64,000 bases of DNA from Macrostomum lignano. Taxonomy: Eukaryota. Position 1 is the stretch's first letter. Each line of letters opens with the position of its first letter. This document shows, piece by piece, positions 37,328-49,839 of this stretch. The position numbers and the translations under genes are program-made. The notes under the pieces were generated by a model, which searched no databases, was not told the DNA's origin, and saw only the letters and a list, made by a program, of their open reading frames with translations. Location: contig NIVC01000406.1 in NCBI GenBank assembly GCA_002269645.1, forward strand, positions 260,724 through 324,723. Reading direction: 5' to 3'.

Positions 37328-38147
37328 CTCAATTCACAGCGCCATCCCCTCAATTCACAGCGCCATCCCCTCAATTCACAGCGCCATCCCCTCAATTCAC
37401 AGCGCCATCCCTCAATTCACAGCGCCATCCCTCAATTCACAGCGCCATCCCCTCAATTCACAGCGCCATCCCCTCAATTCACAGCGCCATCCCCTCAATT
37501 CACAGCGCCATCCCCTCAATTCACAGCGCCATCCCCTCAATTCACAGCGCCATCCCCTCAATTCACAGCGCCATCCCTCAATTCACAGCGCCATCCCCTC
37601 AATTCACAGCGCCATCCCCTCAATTCACAGCGCCATCCCCTCAATTCACAGCGCCATCCCTCAATTCACAGCGCCATCCCCTCAATTCACAGCGCCATCC
37701 CCTCAATTCACAGCGCCATCCCCTCAATTCACAGCGCCATCCCCTCAATTCACAGCGCCATCCCCTCAATTCACAGCGCCATCCCCTCAATTCACAGCGC
37801 CATCCCCTCAATTCACAGCGCCATCCCCTCAATTCACAGCGCCATCCCTCAATTCACAGCGCCATCCCCTCAATTCACAGCGCCATCCCCTCAATTCACA
37901 GCGCCATCCCCTCAATTCACAGCGCCATCCCCTCAATTCACAGCGCCATCCCCTCAATTCACAGCGCCATCCCTCAATTCACAGCGCCATCCCCTCAATT
38001 CACAGCGCCATCCCCTCAATTCACAGCGCCATCCCTCAATTCACAGCGCCATCCCCTCAATTCACAGCGCCATCCCCTCAATTCACAGCGCCATCCCCTC
38101 AATTCACAGCGCCATCCCTCAATTCACAGCGCCATCCCCTCAATTCA
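37328..38147. repeat. 21/22-bp minisatellite (~38 copies)
   Basis: Unit ctcaattcacagcgccatcc(c)c. Confidence 0.96.
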
Positions 38148-38778
38148 GCCAGCCCCACCCGTCCAGATATCCTGCCCAGAACTCTCTGGCTTGGCCATGC
38201 CACTACAGCGCAACTCAGCCACAGTCAAACAAGCCATTCTAATCCAATTCCAAAAACTCGAAAGGAACTCGATTCGACTCCGAATTGACCTACTTTCCGA
38301 TCGCGCAGTCTAGACTGGAGCCTCAGCCTCCCCCGGTTAAACCGGGATTGCAATTTCGACGGAGAAAAGTAGCGAAACTCGAAAAAAATCCGAACCACTT
38401 TTCAGTGCGTCTACGAACTACTTTGCTGCTTTGATTGAAACCAAAAAACAGTTGATGACGAAAGTTCGGATGGCTCCTTAGTTCGTTCATCATAAATTAA
38501 TTTTTTCTCTCAGACACGGCATAAAATGGATGGTGAATGAATGAAAGTTGGGATCAGTTTCCGTCTCGTTCCAATTTTGTGACACGGGTTCTGCATTTGT
38601 GGACAATCTAAATTCAAAATTCAAGTTTAGTCGCACAAGAGATTGATGGTTTGAATTTTCTTTTAGTGACTTCTCGAAATGCAACAACGGCTACGGGCTC
38701 CATTCAATATTTTTGGGACTTTCTCAGCTCACAGTTCAACTCAACCTTTTGAGATTTTGGACTGCCAATTTTGCTTAT

Positions 38779-39323
38779 TTGTTGGCGCCAGTTCAAATGA
38801 GTTGTTGGCGCCAGTTCAAATGAGTTGTTGGCGCCAGTTCTGATGAGTTGTTGGCGCCAGTTCAAATGAGTTGTTGGCGCCAGTTCAAATGAGTTGTTGG
38901 CGCCAGTTCTGATGAGTTGTTGGCGCCAGTTCTGATGAGTTGTTAGCGCCAGTTCTGATGAGTTGTTAGCGCCAGTTCTGATGAGTTGTTGGCGCCAGTT
39001 CAAATGAGTTGTTGGCGCCAGTTCTGATGAGTTGTTGTCGCCAGTTCAAATGAGTTGTTGGCGCCAGTTCAAATGAGTTGTTGGCGCCAGTTCTGATGAG
39101 TTGTTGGCGCCAGTTCTGATGAGTTGTTGGCGCCAGTTCTGATGAGTTGTTGGCGCCAGTTCTGATGAGTTGTTGGCGCCAGTTCTAATGAGTTTGTTGG
39201 CGCCAGTTCTGATGAGTTGTTGGCGCCAGTTCAAATGAGTTGTTAGCGCCAGTTCTGATGAGTTGTTAGCGCCAGTTCTGATGAGTTGTTGGCGCCAGTT
39301 CTGATGAGTTGTTAGCGCCAGTT
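38779..39323. repeat. 23-bp minisatellite (~24 copies)
   Basis: Unit gagttgttggcgccagttc(aaa/tga)t. Confidence 0.95.
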
Positions 39324-40879
39324 CCGCTACTGTTTTGCAGCAGTTTTATCGCGGGTTTCTTGCTCGGGTTCGAGATCTGATCTGAAAATGAAATTGCTAG
39401 TGAACTGGCATGCTGGGGTGCCGGGGTCAGCACTCAGCAGTGCCCAGCGCACTTGCAGATCGAGTTTCTATCGGTCTTAAATGATAAATGAAATGCAAAT
39501 TTGCTTGATAAACATAGCCATGACGTCACTAATGAACGGCAGCTGCCTTAATTCATGCCCCCTCAGCTATCGGATTCCCAGGTGCCAAATGATGACCCCG
39601 CCAAGGTGTTGGGTTTCTCACATTATGTCTGTCATTTCGCTCTCTCGATGCAGTCTTTGTGACCGCCTGCCTGCCTGCCTGACCGCAGTTAAATTGAGGG
39701 AATTATGCCCTAAGACAGTTTTTTCTAGCCCTGTCGGTAACTTGATCCAAATTAGAACACACACCGGCCCGAGCTGTTCCGATATGGATAATTCAATTTC
39801 ACTTTTTTTACTACAGGCTGCCCTAATTGGTAAATTATCTCACCTACCAGATAGATGTCCATGTGCTTTGTCTTCTGTTTCCCAGCCGTCCCTTTCTTCC
39901 TTTCCGCCTCCCTGCATGCTCATCTCATTCGAATCCTTTGCTTCTCTGTTGTGAACTCTGCTTTGCGTATTTGCTTTGAGAAAGCGATGGTTGGGCCATA
40001 GACATTCCGCATCAATGCAGGTAACATGACTCATGGGTATTCACAGCAGTGACCTCGCCTCTGTGACCCATATCCCGCTAATCTGCTTCACTCCCTCTGC
40101 TTAATCTCTCTCTCTCTCCCTCTGCCTAACCTCTCTCCATCTGCCTAACCTCTCTCCCTCTGCCTATCCCTCTCTCCCTCTGCCTATCCCTCTCTCCCTC
40201 TGCCTAACCTCTCTCCCTCTGCCTAACCTCTCTCCCTGTTTGTATCCTGAAAATGTATTATTCTATCTTCACCTTAAATGTCTCATTGGTCAGAGTTCGC
40301 GCCAGACGACCGCACTAAATGCGCCCCAAATAAGTATGGACGCCATCAGACAGACATGATCAAGGAGCTGAGCTCAGCCTCTTGTCTCCCACTCCCACAT
40401 TCTTGCATTCACCGGCAGGCTCAGGCAGAAGATCACAATTCAACTTGTGTGGTCTGGAGCGAAGCTTAATGCGAAATACGCTGGTAGTTTTAATTCTCCT
40501 TATCTGGGAGTCGGCTCTTATCTCTTGACTACACAATTTTAATAGCTTTGTTGCGAATATTTCCCAGTGTGGCCACCTATGGCCGAGGCCACGTGATCCG
40601 CCTGTCCGCCAGTCTGGTGGAGAGTAGGGAGGGGTTGGTCCGCGTCAAAACAAAGCCAGCTTGAACTTTAATTTTAGCCCGTAAACATCCTTTTGTATCT
40701 GGTTTTGTCTCGTGCAAACTGAAACAGCTCTAAAACCGAATATTATGAGCCTTTTCACTCTAACCGATTTGCCGTTAACCGTTTGCTTCAAGTTTCAAAA
40801 CGATGGAAAATTGAAATTGTTTGAGAGAGGAGGAGCGAAGGAGGGTAAAGAGGGTAAAGAGGGAACTGAGGGTAAGTAG

Positions 40880-41865
40880 GGGGACAGGGGGACAGAGGGC
40901 ACAGGTGGACAGAGGGCACAGGGGGGACAGAGGGCACAGGGGGACACAGAGGGCACAGGGGGACAGAGGGCACAGGGGGACACAGAGGGCACAGGGGGGA
41001 CAGAGGGCACAGGGGGGACAGAGGGCACAGGGGGACACAGAGGGCACAGGGGGGACAGAGGGCACAGGGGGACACAGAGGGCACAGGGGACACAGAGGGC
41101 ACAGGGGGGACAGAGGGCACAGGGGGACAGAGGGCACAGGGGGACACAGAGGGCACAGGGGGACAGAGGGCACAGGGGGACACAGAGGGCACAGGGGGAC
41201 ACAGAGGGCACAGGGGGACACAGAGGGCACAGGGGGACACAGAGGGCACAGGGGGACAGAGGGCACAGGGGGACACAGAGGGCACAGGGGGACACAGAGG
41301 GCACAGGGGGACAGAGGGCACAGGGGGGACAGAGGGCACAGCTAGGGTACACAGAGGGCACAGGGGGGACAGAGGGCACAGGGGGACAGAGGGCACAGGG
41401 GGGACAGAGGGCACAGGGGGACACAGAGGGCACAGGGGGACACAGAGGGCACAGGGGGACACAGAGGGCACAGGGGGACAGAGGGCACAGGGGGGACAGA
41501 GGGCACAGGCGGGACACAGAGGGCACAGGGGGACACAGAGGGCACAGCGGGACACAGAGGGCACAGCGGGACACAGAGGGCACAGGGGGACAGAGGGCAC
41601 AGGGACACAGAGGGCACAGGGGGACACAGAGGGCACAGGGGGACACAGAGGGCACAGGGGGACACAGAGGGCACAGGGGGACAGAGGGCACAGGGACACA
41701 GAGGGCACAGGGGGGACACAGAGGGCACAGGGGGGACAGAGGGCACAGGGGGGACAGAGGGCACAGGGGGACAGAGGGCACAGGGGGACACAGAGGGCAC
41801 AGGGGGGACAGAGGGCACAGGGGGACACAGAGGGCACAGGGGGGACAGAGGGCACAGGGGGGACA
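40880..41865. repeat. G-rich 18-21-bp minisatellite
   Basis: Unit gggg(g)gac(ac)agagggcaca with variable G-run. Confidence 0.95.
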
Positions 41866-42540
41866 AGGAGAATGGAGCATTAACATCAGCTCACAGCCCG
41901 CTAGGATGTGGAGCCAATGGGTTCAGGAGTTTCGAAAACAATTGTCCCCGGGCCGCAGTGCAAACCAATAAAACGAGTTAGCCAGTATAATACAGGAGTT
42001 TTATGTTGCGACTAAAGGGGACAAGAGCCATCAATGCTTCGTTCTTTCGTTATGATTCGGGAGTCTATCAAAATTTATTATTTTCCACTGATAAGTGATG
42101 ATTGCGCTTGCACTGAGGGGTTTTATTTTTGACACAAGAAGTCAAGTCACAAAAGTTTGAAGTCTTTGTCACTGCGAAAGATGGTAGATATTTTGCCTCA
42201 TGCTTTTGCTTGCTTCCTTCCGATTTCTGCTAAACGTGGATCTCTGAAAGTCTAAGCCATCAAAAGTCTGTTGTGTGTTCTAAGATTTGCGCTTGAAACG
42301 AACTGAAAGAACGCATGGGACATGAGGTATTGAAGTTATGAATTTTTTATTTTATTTTTTGTTTGCAATATATCCGTCTAACGAGTAGTACGAAACGCAT
42401 TTGGTTGAGTATCACTTCTCTAATATTTATTAGTCAGAGAAGTTGCAGATTTTTTGCGTTTCGAGTGGGAAATGTAATATTTGCGATGCATAGTCAGCTG
42501 GCAAAATATTGTTCAACGTCAGTCAGCTTCAGCATGCAGC

Positions 42541-43635
42541 TCAGGTAGCTGTGACGGCGGGCCCTGAAACGGTCGAAGTTTTCCCTGTGTAGGTGGAGCC
42601 CGCGCGGCCCCGGCCGCCGCCCGGGTTGCCGAAGCAGCGGTCGAGGCGGAACGTGGCCACGAAGTTGGCGCGGAACCCCTGGCCCATGAAGTAGGCCATC
42701 CAGTTGAAGGCGTTATTCATAAACAGTAGCGCGTTCAGGTACTCAAAGATGCGATTCCGATCTTTGAGGGGTATCCAGTCCAAGGCCCCAAATGTCTCAG
42801 TGGCGCTGAGCAGGCTCCATGGGAGCGTGAACATCAGGAAGTTGACGTTGAGAATGACCAGCACCAGGCTGAGCCGAATGGCGCGACTCTTCCTCTTGTC
42901 GTCGCCGTCGTTCGTCTCGCCGAGGCCGCGGGCGCTGCGCAGCAGCATGACGCAGATCAGCGTGGTGCCCAGCAGCAGCAGGACGGCCAGCATCAGGCGG
43001 CCAACATAGAGCTCGTACTGCGTGTAAAATATGTAATACGCATCATCATCGACTACACTCACGTCTCGAAGCTCCGGATCCCACTCAATCAGGTAGATGG
43101 TCAGGGCGGGGAAGGACACGGTCAGGAGCAGAACGATGGCTAGCAAGATGGCGCTGTTTCGTCGATTCATCAGCTGCTTGGCCTTCAACGGAAAACAGAC
43201 AGCGACGGCGCGGTCGACTGTGAGGCCCAGCTGCAAAAACGGAGCCCCGAACACCAACAGGTAAGTGAGGATGTAATAGATGCGCATCACTACAGCGCTC
43301 AGACTGCGCACCGGCCGATACCAGGACTGCGGATTCGTGACTAGGATAGTCGTGATCTCCAAGTAGTAGATTGGGCCCTGGGCCAAAAGGATCACAGTAT
43401 CGGTGGCGCTAATCATCAGCATGTAAAGCCGGCTGTTTCTAGGAAATGACTTTCTATTGGCAGCCGTGACGATAAAACAAGCGGCATTAAGAAAACCGCC
43501 GCTCAATACCAGGACTGGGAAGAGCCAAGAGAAGACGTGGCGAACGAAAAAGTTCCAGCTGGGATCCCAGTACCACGGCGTGTACTGGCCGGCTGCGCCG
43601 TTGCCTGTCGAGTCGTTGGCCGCAGAGGAATTCAT
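42541..43635 (-). CDS. Rhodopsin-family (class A) peptide-type GPCR, intronless, 364 aa
   Basis: Seven hydrophobic segments: TM1 GGFLN, TM2 ISATD, TM3 TVDRAVAVCFP, TM6 FTLPW, TM7 NNAFNWMAY. N-glycosylation sequons NSS and NDS in the N-terminus. Confidence 0.93.
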   Translation of the reverse strand: MNSSAANDSTGNGAAGQYTPWYWDPSWNFFVRHVFSWLFPVLVLSGGFLNAACFIVTAANRKSFPRNSRLYMLMISATDTVILLAQGPIYYLEITTILVTNPQSWYRPVRSLSAVVMRIYYILTYLLVFGAPFLQLGLTVDRAVAVCFPLKAKQLMNRRNSAILLAIVLLLTVSFPALTIYLIEWDPELRDVSVVDDDAYYIFYTQYELYVGRLMLAVLLLLGTTLICVMLLRSARGLGETNDGDDKRKSRAIRLSLVLVILNVNFLMFTLPWSLLSATETFGALDWIPLKDRNRIFEYLNALLFMNNAFNWMAYFMGQGFRANFVATFRLDRCFGNPGGGRGRAGSTYTGKTSTVSGPAVTAT

Positions 43636-45400
43636 GTATGCGCTGCGGGTTAATAATGTAAAATTAGCCTAGTCTCAGTTTTTAAAATGATGAAGTGTAG
43701 CAGCTGGGTACCTTGCTTCAATGGCTTAAATCGTGCATTAACTGCAATAGCTAGACTGTCGGCTCTGAGAGCATCTGCTCTTAAAATCAGGGAGCATAAA
43801 AATTCTTAGTGGAGCGCCTGCTAATGCGGGCAGGCAAATGCTTTTGGAGTATCTCTGCTATGCATGTTGGTTCTTGAAAAAGTCCAGCAGTTCAGAGTGT
43901 GCTGATCGAAATCATGTCACTGTTAGTAGCTTACCGGCTACACGGCTGTAGAGGACGGATAAATTTTTGATCCCATCGCTCAGGATTCTTGGGGATGAAA
44001 TTTATATACAAGCCCGGATTGAGTAGGTGGTGGGGCACACCGTGCGATCGCAGCATGTGCTGCATTCCCAAAGGAATTGTCTCCGATGGGTGTATCAAAG
44101 GATGCAGCTAAATTGGCTAACTGGAAAAGTGGCAGATGGATGGACAACTCAAAATTCAAAGCCACATTGCGGCTATCAAAGAAGCTTAAAAAGATTGGAA
44201 TGGGGCCGTATTTTTGGGCAGCTCATCAATAAATAAAATCTATGCCTAGAGGGTCCAGACTCTTTTAGGGGCCGCCAAATGCAGTTCTTTGATCGTTTGT
44301 TTATCCGCAGCAAAAAGGCTATTGGGATCGCGTGAGATGGTCTGGTCTTTGTTGTTCAGGCTGCCTTGCAACGGGATGGCTACGAATCATTGGACTCGAC
44401 GCTCCTGCTTGATGACTTCGCCTAAATCGACCCTCCCGCGTTTGGTGTGCCTTTTTGATTGCCTTCGGGTCATACATGGAGACAGGTCATCGAAGATTGG
44501 GTCATTGCTCTGGCGCCTAAGTTTAAATGCACACGTACTCGATACTCGTAAGTCGGGGCATCACGAACCCGAAATATCACAAACCTGAAAGTGTTAGCAG
44601 CGCCCAACGCTATTTTCGTTTTCGGAGTTGATTAGTTCGGATAGCTCGTATCTCGGGCTTGCGATATTTCGGTTTTTTACATTTCGGGTTTATGATTTCG
44701 GGCCTACCGCAGTTTCAATGTACACGTAAGTTAATTTTATTAGGGCAGATATGCTTTAAACAGTACATCAGTAGTTTTAGCTTGGAAAATGTTAATGGAT
44801 AGACAGAGAGTTGGGGAGTTTGCACCTGAGGGGATTAATATATCCACCTATTGAATTCTTGTTATAAATCTTTCAAAAAATAATCTCCTGGATTCCTTTC
44901 TCAATTCTTTAATCGCTAAACACTAGGATTAGGGAATCTCAGGAACCTGGTGGGCAGCAACCTACAAATTAAAGACCAGTTAGTCCACTAAGATAGATCA
45001 GAAATAAACCAGTAGCCAAAACCGCGAGAGGACTGCGACTGCATAATCGATTCTCTTACTGATGACTGAATTTACCTACGCGGTAAGAACCTGAGTTAGT
45101 TAGTAGCATTTTGCCATGTAGCCAAAATATTACTAGCCTTTTTCCAACCAGCCTACTAGTAAGTATTATAAACGAAATTTTAACAAACAACAAACAAGAA
45201 ATGGAAGAATTTTAATTTGCAATATCTCAATATGTACAACGTTTTCAAACATGTAGATAAGCACTCCATAAAATATCACTCTTTTATTACAAGTACGGTT
45301 ATGCTGGTAATTTCGAATAAAACCGAGCAAGTCGATAGAAACAGAAAGTTTAACAAGTCTTAATTATTTGGAGATTGTTTTCAAACTGTACTCTTACAGT

Positions 45401-45904
45401 TCAGCCGCCGTAGTTGCCCGTCACAATGAGCTGCACAGGGGGCGGGTTCGGGCTGGTCCTGCTGCCCAGTTCATCGCGCAGCCACATGTCATACAACAGC
45501 CGGGCGTCGTCATTCAGCGCCCCACCGCGTACGGTGAGGCCCCCGAAGTTGCCCTGCCACTGCCTGATGAGCTCCTTGAGTCGGCCGACCGTCTCCCACC
45601 TGGCCGCATGGACCTCGAACTCCCGACCGTCAGCTCGGCGAACCCTGACAGTCATGGCGTCCGGCAGGCTCTCTCCGGGCGCGAGGCGGCCCACCAGTCG
45701 CAGGTAGGACTCGGCCAAGGACTGCGCCTCCGACAGCAGGCCGGGCCGCGGTCGCCCTCCGGCCTGAAGCTCCGACTGCAGGTCCTGAGCTCGTCTCCGC
45801 TCGTTCTCAGCAGCCTCCGATGCAGGCCCTTTGGCGGCACTGCCGTCGGCTACGCTGGCAATGGCTCTACGGGTGAGTTGCTCGCTCTGCTGTCGGCTGG
45901 CCAT
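45401..45904 (-). CDS. Ubiquitin-like protein A (167 aa): N-terminal helical extension + Ubl domain ending YGG-stop
   Basis: Residues 84-167 (MTVRVRRADGREFEV...ETVGRLKELI...LTVRGGALNDD..LLYD...VQLIVTGNYGG) align by eye to ubiquitin MQIFVKTLTGK..DTIENVKAKI..LIFAGKQLED..LSD..LHLVLRLRGG. A paralog lies at 49840-50322. Confidence 0.8.
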   Translation of the reverse strand: MASRQQSEQLTRRAIASVADGSAAKGPASEAAENERRRAQDLQSELQAGGRPRPGLLSEAQSLAESYLRLVGRLAPGESLPDAMTVRVRRADGREFEVHAARWETVGRLKELIRQWQGNFGGLTVRGGALNDDARLLYDMWLRDELGSRTSPNPPPVQLIVTGNYGG

Positions 45905-45964
45905 GTCTCAATCTGTTGGAGCAGTCCGTGGATTTTACAGGGCCGAGCCATTGTGGCTGGCTGC

Positions 45965-46051
45965 TTTTATAGATGACAGTCTCCGGGGCTGCTGCGACTC
46001 TGTGTGTCGAAGTTCGAATCGGCTCTAGATGAGTCAGAGTTTTCGATTTCG
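45965..46051 (-). promoter_or_regulatory. Putative core promoter of Ubl-A: TATA, AP-1 and IRF-E/ISRE-like motif
   Basis: TATAAAA at 45971-45965 (-); TGAGTCA at 46030-46036; gttttcgatttcg at 46039-46051 (GAAA-NN-GAAA on -). Confidence 0.5.
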
Positions 46052-46256
46052 ATGCTAAGTTTAGCAGTGACGGTGTCAGTTTTTTAAAAAAAATCGTCAG
46101 TATGTGATCGTGCGTAGCCCTCCTATGCCTATTTTTGGATGAGAGATGCCGTTTGCTATTTCCTAGAAATGTTTTAGGAAAACGACAATTTCTTAGAAAC
46201 TGTTCGAAAAATTTGTGTAAAAATCCTCACTTCTATATTCAGCTTCTACACTTCAA

Positions 46257-46440
46257 GGGCCAGATAAATAATCAATGGCCTTGAGAGATGAGAGAAGAGA
46301 TAAGAGACAGAATAGGAGGAGAGAATAAAGGGATGAGAAGAGAGCTGAGAAGATTGAGCAGGCCGGATTGCTATTTTGAAGTTTGAAAGGACCCGAGGGC
46401 CGGATAGAGAGGCTTCGCGGCTGACATGTGGCCTGCGTGT
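46257..46440 (-). mobile_element. Partial hAT MITE copy (family of 26970-27449), reverse orientation
   Basis: The reverse complement contains gccacatgtcagccgcgaagcctctctatccggccctcgggtcc, which matches the MITE interior. Confidence 0.6.
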
Positions 46441-49116
46441 AGAATCTACAAGAATGCATCCATGAGACTACGAGTACAGCATCCAAGCCTTTCTACATGT
46501 ATAAGGCTGACCTCATGAGATAAATGATTTAAAAAATTCAATTCTACCAAGAACTGAAGGCGCCAAGCTCTGACGAATAAAAGTTTATTTTACTCGATTT
46601 GTTCTTTGAATGATTAGAGGATGTGATGAGGACGCACTTTTTCCCAAATCCCGCGCTAGCACATGGGCTCTAAACTTACTTGCCTACTAACAGTGGGCAA
46701 TGGGCATTTTTATCCTTTTTCTGCGAATTTTCATAGAATCTATACTAGATATAAAGTCTGGCCATACTAGTAGTCATAATAACATAGGCGCAGCTTTTTG
46801 GGTCATAAATCATCGCTTTCGAAGCTGATCTGACAGCCACCTGCGCCTGGGCGGTAGCTTTTTTCTCATCATTTTGACAGGCCATCAAGATTTATGAGGT
46901 CAGAGCCTATTGTTCGTGTTCACTCAAGCGTGTGACAGCTTTGACAGCTATGCGTTTTACCCCTAAAAGTACCTTGGGATTAGCGATTAGCGATTTCTCT
47001 TCATTATCTTCACTTTCTATTTAATAAGAGCTTTCTAATGTATATTTTTTCATTAATTTCTATCAATCCTACGCGAAAAGTCATAAATCATTTTGTTGCG
47101 ATTTTGAGTGATTTATGGCCGCACCTGTCATCTTTTTACAACCCTGTGGGAACTGATAGGATTTCTCGGTCACGTGATTCTGGGTAGCAACGAGCTTAGC
47201 CAATCAGAAAATTCGGCGCTCATTTTAACAAAACGGCTCAGCCAATCAGAATCGACGTGTTCCGTTATAACAAACTGCGGTCCAGTTGGCGGCTATTTAA
47301 ACCGGAGTTTTTGGCCCGCTCGGACGCAACTTCTTCTTACTTTGGCTCGGGCCCAGCGCGCAACTTCTGGTTCCCGGAGCACGACCGTCGTTTCTTGATC
47401 CCCGGATTGCAACTTCCCCCATCATCATCAAGGACGAGTCCCCCGGTCGACAGCAGCGAACATCCAGTTAAGAGCATCACCTGCTAGCTAACAGCGAAGA
47501 TTGTGACAGCATCATCCCGAGTCTACAGCTGCAGAACATCGAGCCGATTCGGTCACTGTGGAATACCTGGTCTCCGGCTGTTGAGTTTCTGATTGGTTGG
47601 GTGAGAGGCTACCTAGACTTGCTTGATTGGGTGATCCCTTTTCTGTCCCCTGTTGCAGTAGCTGAATTAGGCGCACACTTTTGCTCATTTTGTTCAGTAG
47701 TGCTGTTGCTGAGGCAGGAATCATTCAATAATACTGCTAGTAGTCTAAGACTCCAATTCAATCTAAAGTGTGAAGTGAACTAAGGAGAAGGTTAAATCTA
47801 ACAGTTATCTTTGTCGGCTTTATTTCTTTGTTCGCCGATGGCTCAGATGAGTAGCTAAGCTAGTAGGCGCCGGTCACAGTGGACCAATGGCAAGGCAGTT
47901 CTCAGTCAACCAATCTAACCAATCAGTGAGCAAAACTGCCAAAAGTGCAGAATCGGCGCCAGAGATGTACTTTGTGCACTCTAGGGTAGCCAAGCGGCTC
48001 GGGTAAATGAATCATGCGGTCTCTGAAGTTCGAGTTAGTCTATCATCAGCGCTATGAGAGGCTAGTTGGCGCGTTGAAGGCTAAAAGTACATATCTTCGT
48101 ATTTAGCAATGTAATAGTACATGTAGCTACCCCATAGACTCGCCACCGCAAGAATCCCCTGCACAAGTCCCCTCTGTACCTGCATGGCCAACGCGATCTA
48201 GTCCCAGCAGTGTCCCTTATCATCGGCTATGACTTCGAGATTGACAGCAAAAAGACACTAGTTGGCAGGTAAGTGCAAGGCCCCTTCTAGTCGGAAGCCC
48301 GATTTCGAGAGTCCCGGTGTGGTGAGCCAGGGCGCACGGGCTGGTGGCAGCAAGTTAGTTGATCTGCGGATTAGCTAATTTCTACTTTCAAAATTCTCCC
48401 TGCTCGTCTCTCGCTGTCCCTCTCTTAGCTATAGGACCTAGACTGCTCGCCACACGATCAAGCTACCATGGGGCTGACCATCTGACAGGAGTGGGGGGCC
48501 AGGTCTCTAATTGATTTATTTCTGAGCCTGAGGCCCGAAGGCTTCCCTAACAAGGAGCCCGAAGGTCGAAACCCATCAGATGGTTTAAAATATTGAAATT
48601 TTTCACCTTGTAGGCGTTTTGTAACGGCCGGAGGCAGTAAGCAGAAGTGTACGCTGCATGGCTTAACGCAGTGTTGCAGCTGCAGTCCAATTGTTCTATT
48701 TTTAGCACCCCGAAGGTTAAACAATTATTGTAGGTTGGATTTTCCAAGTTAGCCAAATGCCTCCTGCTCAGCAACTAAATATGTGGAATAAAAGATTAAC
48801 AACGCGTGGGAGTCAAAGACAATTTTTTAACTTCTTAGGATTTTTATTATTTGGTGGACTATAGTAAAATTTCTGTATATTTTCACACATGTCGTTTGAA
48901 GCATTTGGTGGTCGGGATTTTGATTATTTAGTAATTAATAGAAAGTTCATGAGTAAATAATAACAAGTTATTTATTGAATTTTCGGGCGAGCTTCTACAG
49001 TAAACCCGACTCGTACGTAAGCAGGAATTTAAATTCTTGAATAAGTCCATTATAAGAAATAGAACTTAAATATTGTTATAATCAGTAGATGTTCCGCAAA
49101 TCACAGTAGAAATCGC

Positions 49117-49494
49117 GGGCGAGAGAGCAAGCTGGTCTGGCGCAGCTGCCAGCGGCAGCCCCCGGGGTGACGTCGAGGAGGGTCAAAAAATCTTTTTGTC
49201 GGCCGCTTTCATTCGGCAGAAATCGAGAAGCGAAATTATTTCAATTAGAAAAATTAACGCGCGAGTTTTTTGGTTTGTCATACGGACAAAGTCGAGAGTA
49301 AATAGAGTATATAAGCAAGCATAAAATCAATCAAGGCCCCGTGTGGGCCAGCATGCAGTTTTACAGCAGCGGTGCTTTTGACAAATATGGGATAAATTCC
49401 GACGCAAGTTCCCGGAAGCCTTCCGTCTTCACCTGGTCGCCGTCGCCCCGGGGGCTGCCGCTCAACTGGGCCAGACCAGCTTGCTCTCTCGCCC
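49117..49494. mobile_element. MITE/foldback element with ~55-bp GC-rich inverted repeats
   Basis: gggcgagagagcaagctggtctggc..agcggcagcccccggggtgacg (from 49117) is near-perfectly complementary to 49441-49494. No TSD found. Confidence 0.65.
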
Positions 49495-49839
49495 CCAGAC
49501 CGCTACTAACCGATCTCATAGGCTACAGTTAGCTTAGCTAAAGTACATTTATAAGATATAGATGAACTCGTGTATTCAGGTCTTGCTATCGAAAATAGCA
49601 TCGCATAGCAACACAAAAACATGCACGAAACTCATCTAAATCTATATAAATGGGATGCTTCCGGCAGCCAGGTGAAGTTTCAGAAGCTCCAGGAGAAATG
49701 AGTCGGATTTTTTTCCCGCGGGATCATTTGGGACTTAAATATGTTTCCATACAGTTAGTTAAAGATCTCCGCTGCCATAAAGACTACTAGCAAAAAAGGG
49801 TAAAGCAAAAAAATTAGTTAACCGAGTGGCCAGCCAAGC

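Noticed and set aside
37111-41886. Long repetitive ORFs at 37.1-38.3 kb and 40.8-41.9 kb (one collagen-like GHR repeat)
   Set aside because: Stop-free minisatellites whose unit-length variation shifts frame repeatedly; no signal peptide or flanking exons.
48528-48575. Possible hammerhead ribozyme (tandem cgaa hairpins followed by gaaac)
   Set aside because: No CUGANGA core adjoins stem II, and stems I and III could not be formed.
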